A DNA stretch of 64,000 nt, taken from the NCBI RefSeq assembly GCF_963921235.1, contig NC_086101.1, positions 8,496,001-8,560,000 on the forward strand. The letters are read 5' to 3'. The stretch's first letter is position 1; the number at the start of each line of letters is the position of its first letter. Position numbers and translations under genes: made by a program. Below the pieces are notes generated by a model. It was not told where the DNA came from. It did not search any database and was given only the letters and a program-made list of their open reading frames with translations. This DNA is from Mobula hypostoma (Eukaryota). Of this stretch, positions 13,801 to 25,635 are shown one piece after another.

Positions 13801-16800
13801 CTTCATACATTCTCCCTGCGACTGCACGCCGTTTCTTCTGACACTCAAACTCTTACGGGTTAGCGTTAGTCAACTGCAGGCATGCTATGTTGGCAGCAGA
13901 AGCATGTGGGCACTTGCAGACTACCCACAGCACATCCTCGGGCTGCGTTAATCGTTGATTCAACTGACATGTTTTGACATACTTTTGACAAATAGAGCCA
14001 ATATTTGTTATCAGAAAACAAGCCCCAAGTCTGGACCAGCATTTCCAACTGGAACCTCTCAAACAGTACTAGGGAGGGAAGCAGACAGGGGAGAGGGTTG
14101 CATACCAGACCAGTTTATCGTCATATTAACGAGGATGCAGTGAACTTCCTTACTCACACAGAGCTTCGAGAGCAGAGAGCCGACACCAAAATTGGCTCAA
14201 CAACTTCCCTTGGAAGGTGCAATAACTGACGAACTTGCTAGGTCCCAGTGCAACTGCTGCACTGATACCAATACAAACTTCGGAGGCTGTCTGATCTCTT
14301 CACCCATGCCTGCCCCAAGTGGACAACCCATTTCCACATCTCACTCCAACACTCACTCACATTCTCCCTCAGGCACAGCGGCTACACCAGGGGGCTAATT
14401 TACCAGCCAGCATGTTTTCTCCGGGAGACAAGATATTCGGCAGATGTTGGAAACCCAGAGCGATACGCACAAAATGCTGGAGGGACTCAGCAGGTCAGGC
14501 AGCATCCATAAGAATAGAAAAAGCCTATACTTTTGCTCGGGACTGGAAAGGCAGGGGAAAGATCCCTGTATAAAATGGTGGGGGGGGTGGTGGAGTGAAG
14601 GAGGACTGCTGGAAGGTGGTAGATTAAACCAGGTGGGTGGGAAATGTAAAGGGATGAAGAAGAGGAATCTGACAGGAGTGGAAGATGGACTATAGGAGAA
14701 AGGGAAGGAAGGGAACCAGGGGGAGGTAATAGGCAGGTGAGAAGAGGCAAAGTACCAGAGTGGGGAACAGAAGCAGCAGGGTAAGGGGGAAAAATACCAG
14801 AAGGAGAAATTAATATCCATGCCATCAGGTTAGAGGCTACCCAGACGGAATATCTGTAGCTCCTCCACCCTGAGAGTGGCCTCATCGTGGCAAAAGAGAC
14901 GGCCATGGTCTGACATGCTGAACTGGGAATAGTGATAGGAGTTTAAATAGTCGGCCACTGGAAAGTCCATCCTGCTTTTGCAGGGGACGCAGAGGTCTCA
15001 ACAAAGCAGTCCCCCAATTAACGCTGGATCTCGCCAACATAAAGGAGACTACATTGGGAGCACCAGATATCGCAGGCAACCCCAGCAGAGCCAGTGAAGT
15101 GTTGCCTCACCTGCTTGGAGCCTTGAACAGAGGCCAGGGAGGAGGTGCAAGGCAGGTGTAGCATTTGTCGTTTGCAGGGATGTGGTACGGGAACAAGAGA
15201 AGCCGGGGAATACCGACACACAAATACCACAGGGAGAACGTGCAAACACAGACAGTAGCAGAGGTCATGACCGAACAGTGATCAATGGAGCTAGGGTTGG
15301 CACTCACTACTGTACCTTGAGCACAATGAAGATCCTACGCTGGTGTTGGATCTGGAGATGATGCTGTCCAGGAGGTTAGAATCATAGAGCATTACAGCAC
15401 AGACACAGGCCTGTTGGCTCATCTAGTCCATGTTGAAATGTTACTCTGCCCAGTCCTATTGATACGCACCAAGATAACAAAACCTCCATACCCCTCCCAG
15501 CCACCCACTTAGCCAAATTGCTCTTAAATGTTGCAACCAGACCCACTCCACTGGCAGCTCATCCCACACTCTCACCACCCTCTGAGTAAAGCACCTCCCC
15601 CTTAGGTCCCCCTTAAATATTTCAACTTGCACCCCTACTCTTGCACAACTTGCTCTCGTCTCACCCTCCTCAGTGAAAAATGCCTGCTTGCATTTACCCT
15701 CTCCGTACCATTAAATTTTATATGCCACTGTCAAATCTCCAGTTCATTAACATTGCTATAGCTGGGGGTGCCTCGGTGGTGGGGATAAGCTCCCAGTACC
15801 AATTAAATGCTCTCAATGGTGTGGATCACAAATAACCTCTGACAAACAGGTCCAGGTCTTGGCGTTCACATGTAGCTTCGCTACTAAAGGGCGCAGAAAC
15901 TATTTGTACTGCCAGGAGGAGCAAAGGAGAGTTACTGACACCAGAAATCCAGTCTCTTTGGGCTGATGGCACTTACCAGCCACCGTTAACAGCTCATCTG
16001 GGAGGAAAACCCTGATCTCAAATCTTGCCAGTCTTGTGGCTATACCCACCAGCGGGGAGGCTTCTGGAGTAAACTCAAGCAAAACCCAGAGCCGGAGCTC
16101 CTGACTTCAACACTGCCTGGCAACTCCTGTGGTGCCACTGCTGCCATGTGGCTCATCAGCCGGAGGGGAGGGGGTAGCCTGTTGCATGGGCAGCAACGTG
16201 CTCTCCATACTGTACTGCCCTGGCTTACAGACCACAGACAGCCTGCATGCAACACTCGTGGGTCAACCCCAACCAACGGCGGGTCCTCAGTATCAAATCT
16301 CCCCTCATTCTCCTACGCTCCGAGGAAGATGACGGGGCCTTCGTTGGTCAGGGTCGACCGTGGATGTTGCATCCTAGCTCTCTGGATAGACAAGCAAGGC
16401 ACGGCAATCCGGAAAGCTAGCTGCTGCTCCCCCTCTCCGTGCATCTGATCAATCCAAAGGAACGACAGAGACTGATACAGTTTGGCACCAGCAGCGTCAC
16501 AGGAGTTCCCAGTCTGCGTTAAACTCAATGCAGGACTGCCTTAGGGACTCCAGCTTATCCCCACTACCACCCCCAACTATAACAACCCAAAGGAACCAAT
16601 GAATGCAATCCTCACCTATTCAACCTTTCCCTATAACTTACGTCCTCCAGTACCAGCAATATCCTTGTAAACTTCCCCCATTCTCTTTCACTTCTCAAGA
16701 CACGTTTCCTGAAGCTAGGTGACCTGAACAGCACACGATAGGCTCGTCAGAAATCAAAGAGACACAAACCTTATGGCTACAGCCATTTTATTAGAATGGG

Positions 16801-17720
16801 ATAACACAGACCTAACAGAAACCAGCTCACTCTACAGCAAGAACCAAAAGAAGAAAAATAAAGACAAAGATAGATAACATGGCTGTCTATATACTGACAA
16901 CTAGCTCATGTGGGAGGAAAGGAGCAGATTGACCTCAGTAGGTTAAAGGGTTGCCACATCTTGGGCCACTGGCATTGACTGTGCTACAATATTCTGTGTA
17001 AACCAGACAGATAAGGATATCCATTTGATAAGAACAGCCTAGGAGACAATTCAATTTATGGCAGAAGGTACAAACAAAGAAACAACAAAAAAACCCAGAA
17101 CAAACTGTACCATAAATTACAAAAATCCAGTGAAGAGTCACAGACAAACAGGTGACTACATAAGCTTAGAAGCAAGTTAAACTACAAGATAAACAATCAT
17201 TTAGATGCTGAGCCAACTGGATTCTGAGGAAGTAGCTTCAGCCAACAGTTGAAATATCTAACGAGAACCTGAGGGGGTTCTTCATTCAGAGGATGGTGCA
17301 AGTGCAGAATAAGCTTCCAGCAGAATTGGTGGTTGTGTGTTCAATTGCAGAATTTAAGGGAAGTATGGGTAGGTATATGGAATGCAGGAGCATAGAGGGT
17401 TATGGTCCAGGTGTAGGTCAATTAATCAGCATAGACTAGTTGGGCCAAATGGCTAGTTTCTGTGTTGTAATACTCTCCGAGTAGCTACTAGGAGCTTGCT
17501 CTGTCCATTACTACCCACATTTACCCCACAACAATAGGGACAACACTTCAGAAGAACCTCCAGTTTGGAGTATGCAGTGCACGGGCAGGACCTGCAGTAC
17601 ACTCACCTTGCCAACAGCCCTTAGGCCCAGGCTCTTGCAAAGCTTCTGCAGCTGGGGCCTCTTCATCCAGGTCAGATCATCGCAGCTACCAGCCACATCA
17701 GTCATACCAGCAGCCATCAT
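1689..17720 (-). CDS. DPPA2: DPPA2/DPPA4-like (SAP + DCR) chromatin protein, spliced; join(17607..17720,13150..13206,2846..2951,1689..1878); 3' partial
   Basis: Manual splice gives MMAAGMTDVAGSCDDLTWMKRPQLQKLCKSLGLRAVGK|NAELIARLSCYITQTSPDE|AVSKPLPQLQGDTRIPLQWDTPDEQDPLRVKEDSG|VASGWCVVHGMELLSSGWSSLALKCGRPVVVDGDSLFDLHLKPAVVETPPHLEDNKICQECLQR|. The three complete introns are GT-AG with phases 0,0,1, the fourth donor is phase 2, and there are no stops. An N-terminal SAP pattern plus the WCVVHG...EDN..C..C..R signature match DPPA2/DPPA4 as I recall them. DPPA2 versus DPPA4 cannot be resolved; it is probably a pro-ortholog of both. Confidence 0.88.
2060..2680 (+). mobile_element. Degenerate Penelope-like element 3' fragment
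   Basis: Decayed GIY-YIG C-terminal coding sequence, a pyrimidine-rich tract and the pLTR core gatgctgcctgacctgc..gttcctccagca, similar to the cleaner copy at 49790-50440. Confidence 0.6.
2846..2951 (-). CDS. DPPA2/4-like coding exon 3 (linker)
   Basis: 106 nt: cctgctctttaactactccag|GCA GTT TCC...TCT GGA G|gtgagt. Phase 0 to phase 1, exactly bridging exon 2 and the DCR exon. Supported by splice signals and frame, not by recognisable homology. Confidence 0.72.
4074..4247. repeat. Fold-back inverted repeat made of two Penelope-type pLTR halves
   Basis: agcagcaacacacaaaatgctggaggaactcagcagg... is the near reverse complement of ...cctgctgagttcttccagcattttgtgtgtgctgct. Confidence 0.85.
5130..5962 (+). 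mobile_element. L1/Tx1-clade LINE, 5'-truncated (ORF2 C-terminal Cys-rich region, 3' UTR, poly-A)
   Basis: ORF 5202..5810 has WLAVRGALPV...CPREDCSEEESVTHPFAHCQFAERVW, a zf-RVT-like C-x3-C...H-x3-C pattern, and ends in aataaaaaaaa near 5955. Confidence 0.85.
6890..7490 (-). mobile_element. Non-autonomous retroposon, same family as 9520-10140
   Basis: Extensive colinear similarity with 9520-10140, e.g. ctccatcaaatcaggattgtgcac and aaactgacaaaaaccacat. No coding capacity. Confidence 0.7.
7700..8150 (+). mobile_element. Rex1/Babar-type LINE fragment interrupted by a CR1 insertion
   Basis: The frame MWQGLNAI...PDELNVVYACFD is typical of the region preceding the RT in Rex1-like elements. Degenerate continuation follows the CR1 at about 9115-9245 and 10290-11000. 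Confidence 0.6.
8178..9112 (+). mobile_element. CR1-clade LINE, 5'-truncated, relatively young
   Basis: KFADDTKLGG RT motif through LYKALVRPHLEYYVQFWSP, then a 3' UTR ending ctatgtttctatgt. Confidence 0.92.
9520..10140 (-). mobile_element. Non-autonomous retroposon beginning with AAGATGGCGG
   Basis: CpG-rich 5' part starting with a YY1-type motif (ccgccatctt at 10131-10140 on +) and an AT-rich 3' tail. Paralogous to 6890-7490. Confidence 0.65.
11230..11990 (-). mobile_element. Rex1/Babar-type LINE RT C-terminal fragment
   Basis: Frames read SSGAPQQTVLASFLFSLYT...LQKFSDSAIVG, YKYLGVYLNDRLEW, and FYQSVVASTIFCVVVCWG...RLNKLIRKA, with frameshifts. Confidence 0.85.
13150..13206 (-). CDS. DPPA2/4-like coding exon 2 (second SAP helix)
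   Basis: 57 nt: tttttgtctttcag|AAC GCT GAG CTA ATC GCA CGC CTG...GAT GAG|gtaagg. Completes the SAP motif GK-NAELIARL. Confidence 0.88.
14420..15190 (-). mobile_element. Penelope-like element fragment (GIY-YIG endonuclease remnant and pLTR)
   Basis: IWCSQCSLLYVGEIQR resembles the Penelope C-x2-C...YIGET motif, followed by a pyrimidine tract and the pLTR core. Confidence 0.75.
15760..16560. mobile_element. Probable RTE-clade LINE 5' UTR remnants
   Basis: Contains tttggcaccagcagcgtcacaggagttcccag, which resembles from memory the RTE/BovB-type 5' region. Non-coding. Confidence 0.35.
17607..17720 (-). CDS. DPPA2/4-like coding exon 1 (start and first SAP helix)
   Basis: MMAAGMTDVAGSCDDLTWMKRPQLQKLCKSLGLRAVGK ends at AAG|GTGAGT (donor at 17606, phase 0). 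The start is uncertain: ATGs at 17720, 17717, 17705 and a further upstream in-frame ATG at 17774. Confidence 0.85.
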
Positions 17721-20700
17721 CACACCCCAAACACTGCCCACCTGCTTCTGGCTTGAGCAAAGCCAGGAGTCCATCAATCTGACTCAAACCACACCAACTC
17801 CAGAGAAATGCAGAAGCACCTACTTAAGGTAGATTCTTGTCAGTTTATTGACCCTTAATGATAAGTGAATGTGATTGGCCAAGTGCAATAGACCATCTAC
17901 TATCAATAACACCTGCTGAATGGACCAGGTCAGTCCTAAATGGCTGACAGGCAGGGAGCTGCTGCTTGGAATGTCTCTACTTAAAGGTTGGTGGTTCAAG
18001 TCCTGCTGCTGGACCTCTGAGTCAAGAGGTAGTGTGGTACTGATTGAGTCCGTCCTGTGTGTTCTCTCAGAGCGGAAGCTGATTTAGTCTTGTCACATGC
18101 ACTGGGGTACAGTGAAAAATCGTGATTCCTGTGGGATGCCACGATAGCGTATGGGTTAGCATAGCGTTATTAGAGCCCGGGGGCGTCAGAGCTGGGAGTT
18201 CGATCCCTGTATCCTTTTTCAGGAGCCTCTGTATGTCCTCCTGGTGGAATGCAGGGGTTTTCCCCCAATGCTCCAAATTTGCTGCCACAATTGAAAGACA
18301 TATCAGGTAGGTTAATTGGTCATTGTAAATTGTCCTGTGATTAGGTTAGGGTCAAATCGGGGTTGTCAGGGGTTGTTGGGTGATATGGCTCAAAGGGCCA
18401 CCTCCGTGCTTTATCACTAAATGAAATACAAGAAACATGAACATCACTGGTCACCGACCTCCAGGCAGAGTAATCTCCATTTACAGTAGATCTATCAGAG
18501 GGGAACCAAATCATGAAGGGCTTCAAATGAATGGAGAATTGACAAACTGGTTTATTAGTGTCACATGTTCTAAGGTACAGTGGAAAACTTTCTTCATTGA
18601 TCTGTCTGTGCAGATAATTTCATCGTATCAGTACATCGAGGTAGAACAAGGGAAGAGCAATGATGGAGTGCAGAATAAGGTGTTGCAGTTACAAAGTGCA
18701 GGGCAGGTAGACAATATGCTGCAGATTAAGTTGTGAGGTCGAGAGCCCATCTTGTACGAGGGAGCCACTCTGGTCATGCCGCCTTCTTGCTGCTGCCAAC
18801 AGGAAGAAGGTACAGAGGCCTCAGGACTCACACCACCAAGTTCAGGAACAGTTATTACCCTTCAGGCTCCTGAACCAAAGGGGATAACGTCACTCAACTT
18901 CACTTGCCCCATCTTAGAAATGTTCCATGACCTGTTGATTCAGTTTTAAGAACTCTTCATCTCATGTTCTGATATTTATTGTTTTTATTTATTATTATTT
19001 CTTCCTTCATGTATTTGCACAGTTTATACGGGACGTGCCATCTTCACCCTGCTACGACAAGAAAGAAGATACAGGAGCCTCAGCACTGACACTACCAGGT
19101 TAAGGAGCAGTTATTAACCCTCAATCATCAGGCTCTTGAATCAAAGGGGCTAAATTCACTCAGGTTCATTTGCCCTATCATTAAAATGTTCCTACAGCCA
19201 ATGATCTCTCTTTAAGGACTCTTTATCTCATGTTCTTGTTATTTATTGTGATTTACTTATATTTGTATTTGCAGAGTTTGTTGTCTTCTGCCACCTAGTT
19301 GATCTTTCATTGATCCTGCTGTAGTTACCATTATGAATTTATTGAGTATGCCCACAAGAAAATGAATTTGGGGTTGTATATGGTGATATATATGTACTTT
19401 GATAATAAATACATTTTGCACTTTATTACAGCAGGGTAGAAGGTGTCCTTGAGTCTGGAGGTATGTGCTTTCAGACATTTGTGTCTCTGCCTGATGGGAG
19501 GGGAGAAGAGTGTACGTCCGGCACTGTTCCCTCTAAGTTGTCGAGGTACGTGGCCGCACAGTAGCAGAATTGCTCCTGTGCACATCGCCTTTGTTGCCAC
19601 GCAGCTGGAATTTTCTTTTATAATCTTTTCTTCAAGTGCCACACACTTATCAGGGCATTTTAAAAAAACATGTATTTCTTGCTCAAAGCAATGGTTGGTC
19701 TGCGCAGCTGTACCTTTCTACTTCCAGGGATGAGAGATCTGTTGTCATGAGCAACTTGGAAGGCTGGGTCTGCAAGGGTAATGTATGGACCAATCTGTCG
19801 TAAGGAAGGCAAATGCAATGATAGGATTTATTTCCAGAGGACTAGAATATACTAACAAAGATCTAATACTGAGGATTTATAAGGCACTGGTCAGAGCACA
19901 CTTGGAGTACGTGAGTAATCTTTGACTCCATATCCAAGAAAGGATGAGCTGATATTGGAGAGGGTGAAAAGGAGGCTCACAAGAATGCTCCTGTGAGTTA
20001 AAGGGTTAACTTATCAGGAGCGTTTGATTGGTTTGGGCTTGTATTTGCTGGAATTTAGAAGGGCAAGGATCTTATTCTAATCTACAGCATCAAATATTGA
20101 AAGGCCTAGACAGAGTGGATGTGCAGAGGATGTCTCCTGTCGTGGGAAACAGAAGGACGATCCCTTAGAACTGAATGAGGAAGAGAAATTTCTTCAGTCA
20201 GGCGGTGGTGAATCTGTGGAATTCATTGCCACCGATGGTTGCAAAGGCCAAAACACTGGGTATATTTATAGCGGAGGTTGGTAGGTTTTTAATCAGTAAG
20301 GGTAACAAAGGTTACGAGGAGAAGGCAGGAGAATGGGGCTGAGAGAAAAAATAAATCAGCCAGAGTGATCTAATTCTTCTCCTTTGTCTTACGATCTCAT
20401 CTCTTTAAGATTGTAAAGGGGCTTGGTGGGTGGACGCCACGCTGGCGGAGATTTAAGAGAATGTTGCCAGGGCATGAGGGCCTGAGTTATAGGGAGAGGT
20501 TGAGTGGGCTGGCACTTTGTTCCCTGGGACGTAGGAGCCTGAGCGGAGACCTTACAGAGGTGTGTAAAATGATAAGTAGCAAAGATGGGGTGGATGCTCT
20601 ACCCACTCCCCCCCGCCCCCGCAGGAAAGGGGAACAAAGAACTAGACTATGTGGGATTAAGGTGAGGGAGGGAAGATTTAAAAACAGACCCGAGCTGCAA

Positions 20701-23700
20701 TTTTGCACAGAGCAGGCTCAGTGCCTGGACTTGTGCTGCTAGAGGAAGTGGCTGAGGCAGGTGCAAAAACAGTATCTGAAATATATGTTGACAGGTGCGT
20801 GGCTAGGAAAGAGAAATGTGCTAAAAGGGTGCAAAATGGGACGAGTTTAGATGGGAAATTGTGTTGGCAGGACATTTGGCAAAAGGACCTAGTTCGGTGC
20901 TGAACTGCTCCCTGTTCCCACTGTTGGCGGTACTTCAAATGAGAGGGCATTCCTAGGAGATGAAGGACAACCCATTTAAAGCTGAACCATAAATTTATAG
21001 AGTCACACAGAACAGAAACAGGCCCTGTGGCCCAACTGGTCTATGCCGATTAAGATTTCCATCTAAACTAGTCCCTTTGCGCAAGTTCAGCCCACTTGCA
21101 TCTAAACCTTTTCTACCCATGTACGCGTCCAAGTACCTTTAAATGTTGTCAATGTGCCTGCCTCACCGCTTCCTTGGGCAGCTTGTTCCATATGCAGACC
21201 ACTCCCCGGGTGAAAAATTAGTCCATCAGTTTCCCATCAAATTTATCTCCTCTCCCTTCAATCTGAGCCCTGTAGTTCTTGATTTCGCCGTGGCTGGGAA
21301 AAAGACTATGCACGTTCACTCTGTCTGCGCCACTCGTGATTTATGTATCAGTGTAGGTGTGTGGAAGGTTCTTCAGAGGCTGGTGAATCCCTTGAATTCT
21401 TTTTTTCGGCAGACTGGATCACTGGAGCTAATGAAAGTGGAGGAAGATGAATGCTTGAAAGATCAGGGAACTGGGTAACATAGGGAATTGATGAGATGAG
21501 ACCTTGGGCAGATCAACCTTGAGCTTATTGAATAGTAGGTGGGCTTCACAGCCCAAATAACCTCTCCTGATTCTATTTCCTTGTGCCCTTCTGGGTGTGA
21601 CTGTAGAGAAAGCACTTACCATCCGACCATAAGACATAGAGGCAGAATGAGGCCATTCAGACCATCAGGTCTGCCCTGCCCCTTCTATCACGGCTGATTT
21701 ATTATCCTTCTCAACACATTCTCCCATAACCTTTGACACCTTTCCCAATCAAGAACCTGTTAACCTCCACTTTAAATCTACCCAATTTCTTGGTTTCCAT
21801 GACCATCTGTGACATTGAATTCCACAGATTCACTACCTTCCAGTTAAAGAAATTCATCTTCATCTCTGTTCTGAGGCTGTGCCCTCTGCTCCTAGACTCC
21901 CCCACTATAGGAAACATCCTCCCCACATCCCCTCTCTGTAAGCCCTTTGATCTTTGATAGGTTTCAATGAGATCTCCTGACATTCTGCTAAGCTCCAGCG
22001 GGTGCGGGCCCGGAGCTGTCTAATGCTCCTCACACGTTAACCCTTCCATTCCCAGACCATTCTCATGAGTCATTTACTTTTCCATGCAAGGCAGTAAGCA
22101 GCCCAGCAGGGTCACTTCCACGTTGCTGTTTACGAGATCATATGGTGTTACAACAGTGATTAGGTTCTGAAGAAACTTGAACTGTAAAACCCCAGGGAAA
22201 GTTTAATGTGTAAACTTCCTCACCGCATATTAGGCCCCTCAACAAGTCCAACATTGCACCTCTAATTCTCAGACCTATTATTACTGACATATATTGTGAA
22301 ATTTGTTCTGCGGTAGCTGTACGTAAAAATTATTCTAAGTTCAAAGTACATTTATTATCAAAGTGTCTATACTGTCTACAACCTTACAGGCAGCTACCAA
22401 ACAAAGAAAGACAATAGAATCCATTTTTTTAAAAAAAACCCACACAGCCAAGGCCATCAAATATCCAATGTGGAGGAAAAAAATCAAACTGTGCAAACAA
22501 CAAAAAATAAACAAATAACACACAGAACATGAACCACAGAGTCTCTAAAAGTGAGTCCTCAGACACGGAGCCAGTTCAGGGCCGAGGCAAGTGTAGCTGA
22601 TCCGAGACCCTGATGGATGCAGGCCACGGCCACGAAGCCAGTTCGAAGGCAAGTGCTGAACATCAAGGATCAACTTAATTCACCCTGTAAATTTATATGT
22701 ATTAGGAATTTGCTGTGTTGTGTTGGCCAGGGGGCGATCTGCAGCAAATACAACAACATTCAACATTTGCAAAGAATAAAGAATCATATAAAAAATAAAG
22801 TTAGAAGTTCAAGGATAGATAAGGAATAAAATGTAACACAAGTACATAGATACCAGTGTGTATTTACAATGTAAGCAGCATTATACAAAATGGTCAAAGT
22901 GTTTAGAGTACCGTGCAGCAATAAGGCTAATAGGTAAGTTTAAGAATAAGGGGTAGGCCAACTAGAACGGAATTGAGACAAAACTTTTTCACAGAGAGTT
23001 GTGGATCTGTGGAATGCTCTGCCTCAGAAGGCAGTGGAGGCCAATTCTCCGGATGCTTTCAAGAAAGAGTTAGAGCTCTTAAAATAGCAGAGTCAAGGAT
23101 ATGGGGAGAAGGCAAGAACAGGGTACTGATTGTGGATGATCAGCCATGATCACAGTGAATGGCAGTGCTGGCTTGAAGGGCCGAATGGCCTACTCCTGCA
23201 CCTATTGTCTATTGTAGGGGTGCTAACGAGAATGGTTGATCAGATTAATTGCCTGGGGTTAAAGCATTTTTAAATGGTGTGAAGATTTTGTTTTAATAGC
23301 CTTTGTAGAAGGGAATTTTTGAAAAGGCAGTTTGCACCATGGGTACTGTCTGCAAAGATTTTCCCTAAATTACCGTAAGGATGTGGAAGCTTTGGAGAGG
23401 GAACAGAGGAGATTTACCAGGATGCTGCCTGGATTAAAGTGTGTGATTTATGAGGATGGGTTGTGTGAACTAGCACTTTTCTCCTTGGAGAGGAGGAGGA
23501 CCAGAAGTGACTTTATGGAGGTGTACAAGATGATAAAAGGCACAGATCGAGTGGACAGCCAGAGACTTTTGTCCCCCAGGGCATAAATGACTAATATGAG
23601 TGGCATAACTATAAACTGGTTGGAGGAAAGGATCGGAGTAGTTTTATTACAGAGTGCTGGGTGATTGGAACACACGGCCCCAGGTGGTAGATCAATTCAA

Positions 23701-23822
23701 GCTGAATTGTCATTCCACCGTACATGAATATTAATGAATATAGCCAAACCAGGTAGTATTACTCCAGGGTCAAACTGAAAAACACAGTCACACACAGCAC
23801 AAGGCACACATACCATGTATAA

Positions 23823-25017
23823 CAGCGGTCCCAAACCACTGGGCCGCGGACCGGTACCAGGCCGCGAGGAAACGATAAGATTTGGCGATATGAGTCAGCT
23901 GCACCTTTCCTCATTCCCTGTCACTCCCACTGTTGAGCTTGAACGCACGCGAGGTCATTACCCGCGCGTCATCCATGTCAGCGCGGGAAGGAGATCAACT
24001 CCTCGAGCTTGCAAATGATGGTGGGTTGAAAAGTATGTTTGACATAACATCTCTGCCGGCATTCTGGATCAAAGTCAAGGCTAAATATCCTGAGATAGTC
24101 AGGAAAGCTCTGAAAACGTTGCTTCCATTTCCAACATATCTCTGCAATGAATGCAACGAAAACTAAATTGTGGAATAGGCTGGACATAAGGAACCCCCTT
24201 CGAGTATCGCTGTCTCCCATCACCCCTCGATGGCACCGTCTTGTTGCAGGAAAACAAGCCCAGGGCTCCCACTGATTCAGCGATATTGGTGTGTTGCAAT
24301 GATTTTATATGTTCATACGGGGAAAATATGCGCTGTGTGTTTAATATCCAAACGTTACTTAAAATGTTATGATTTTATTATAAGTGACTTATATAACCAT
24401 ATAACAATTATGGCATGGAAACAGGCCATCTCTGCCCTTCTAGTCCGTGCCAAACGCTACTCTCACCTCGTCCCACTGACCTGCACTCAGCCCATAAATC
24501 TCCATTCCTTTCCTGTCCATATAGCTGTCCACTTTAACTTTAAATGATAATATCCAACCTGTCTCTACCACTTCTACTGGAAGTTTGTTCAATCAACACT
24601 TACTTCAAGCTCCCCTGTCCTCCCCTGATAATTGACTTATCGCTATATTCATGCGAGGAAAATATGCACTGTGTGTTTAATATTAAATTCGTTAGATAAA
24701 CCCTTTTAGAAACAAAATTGAGTGTATTAGCCACTTATCACCTATGTTCCAGTTGTGATTAACACAACCAACCCCCCCCCGAACAGAATCGCCCAAAACA
24801 GTTTTTTAAAAAATGAGCATGTACACGCATGCGCACTGGTGCCCGCGCAAGGCTTCATGGTCATTGTAGTCTCCCTCGGGGTAAACACAACATATTTTAC
24901 TGCTACTCTTGTACATTGGCAACCCTACCCGCGCTCCCCCGCCCCCGGTTGGCCGGTCCACAAGAATATTGTCAATATGAAACCAGTCCGCAGTACAAAA
25001 AAGGTTGGGGACCCCTG
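23823..25017 (+). mobile_element. hAT-Charlie/Buster-type internally deleted DNA transposon with 8-bp TSD
   Basis: Termini CAGCGGTCCCAAACC and GGTTGGGGACCCCTG. Identical ATGTATAA at 23815-23822 and 25018-25025. Internal transposase C-terminal remnant DQLLELANDGGLKSMFDITSLPAFWIKVKAKYPEIVRKALKTLLPFPTYLC. Confidence 0.93.
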
Positions 25018-25635
25018 ATGTATAAGATAGAAAGGTAGAAAGGTACAGCCTCTCAATGAAAGAGACCAAACTCAAGCCATCCAATGCTGCTAAAATCTGC
25101 AGACAACCAAGACAGTTTGTCTTCTTCCAGGTGAATGCTGGGGGCTGGGGTGGCACTGGGCCCAACACTCCTCCCTGGCAGCTATAAACAGGCAACGCTG
25201 AGGCTTAAGGCCTAGTCTTCGCACATACAAGATAGCAAGCACTGAGGATATCAGTGAAATCTAATGCAAAAGGCAGATGGCACGGTGGAAGCAGAAACAT
25301 TAGGGATATTAAAGAGAATTTCAGTTAGACGCATGGATGATATAAAAATGGAGGGCTGTGTGGAAGGGAAGGGTTAGACTGGTCTTGGAGAAGGTTAAAA
25401 GGTTGGCACAACATCATGTCCCAAAGGGCCTGTACTGTTCGAAATGGCCCTTTGCTTGAGATTTCATTGCCCGAATTGGCCTCTGTCTCAGCGTCCTGTA
25501 CGGTTCTGTGAACCGTCCCGAATGTTCTGCCGGCTATTGATTGGAAGTTGAAGAAGCCTGTGCGGTCACTGGAAGAGGTTTCCCCTCATCCGATGGTTTT
25601 CAGGTGGGTCCCCCTGCTAGGTGAAAGGATGTGTG

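Noticed and set aside
14150..14330. Minus-strand donor-like GTGAGTAA near 14158 as an extra DPPA exon
   Set aside because: An exon here would interrupt the SAP domain between GK and NAELI, and I found no convincing acceptor.
17511..17606. C-terminal part of ORF 17511..17777 (VSVLQVLP...)
   Set aside because: Read-through past the GTGAGT donor at 17606. The SAP domain continues in exon 13150-13206.
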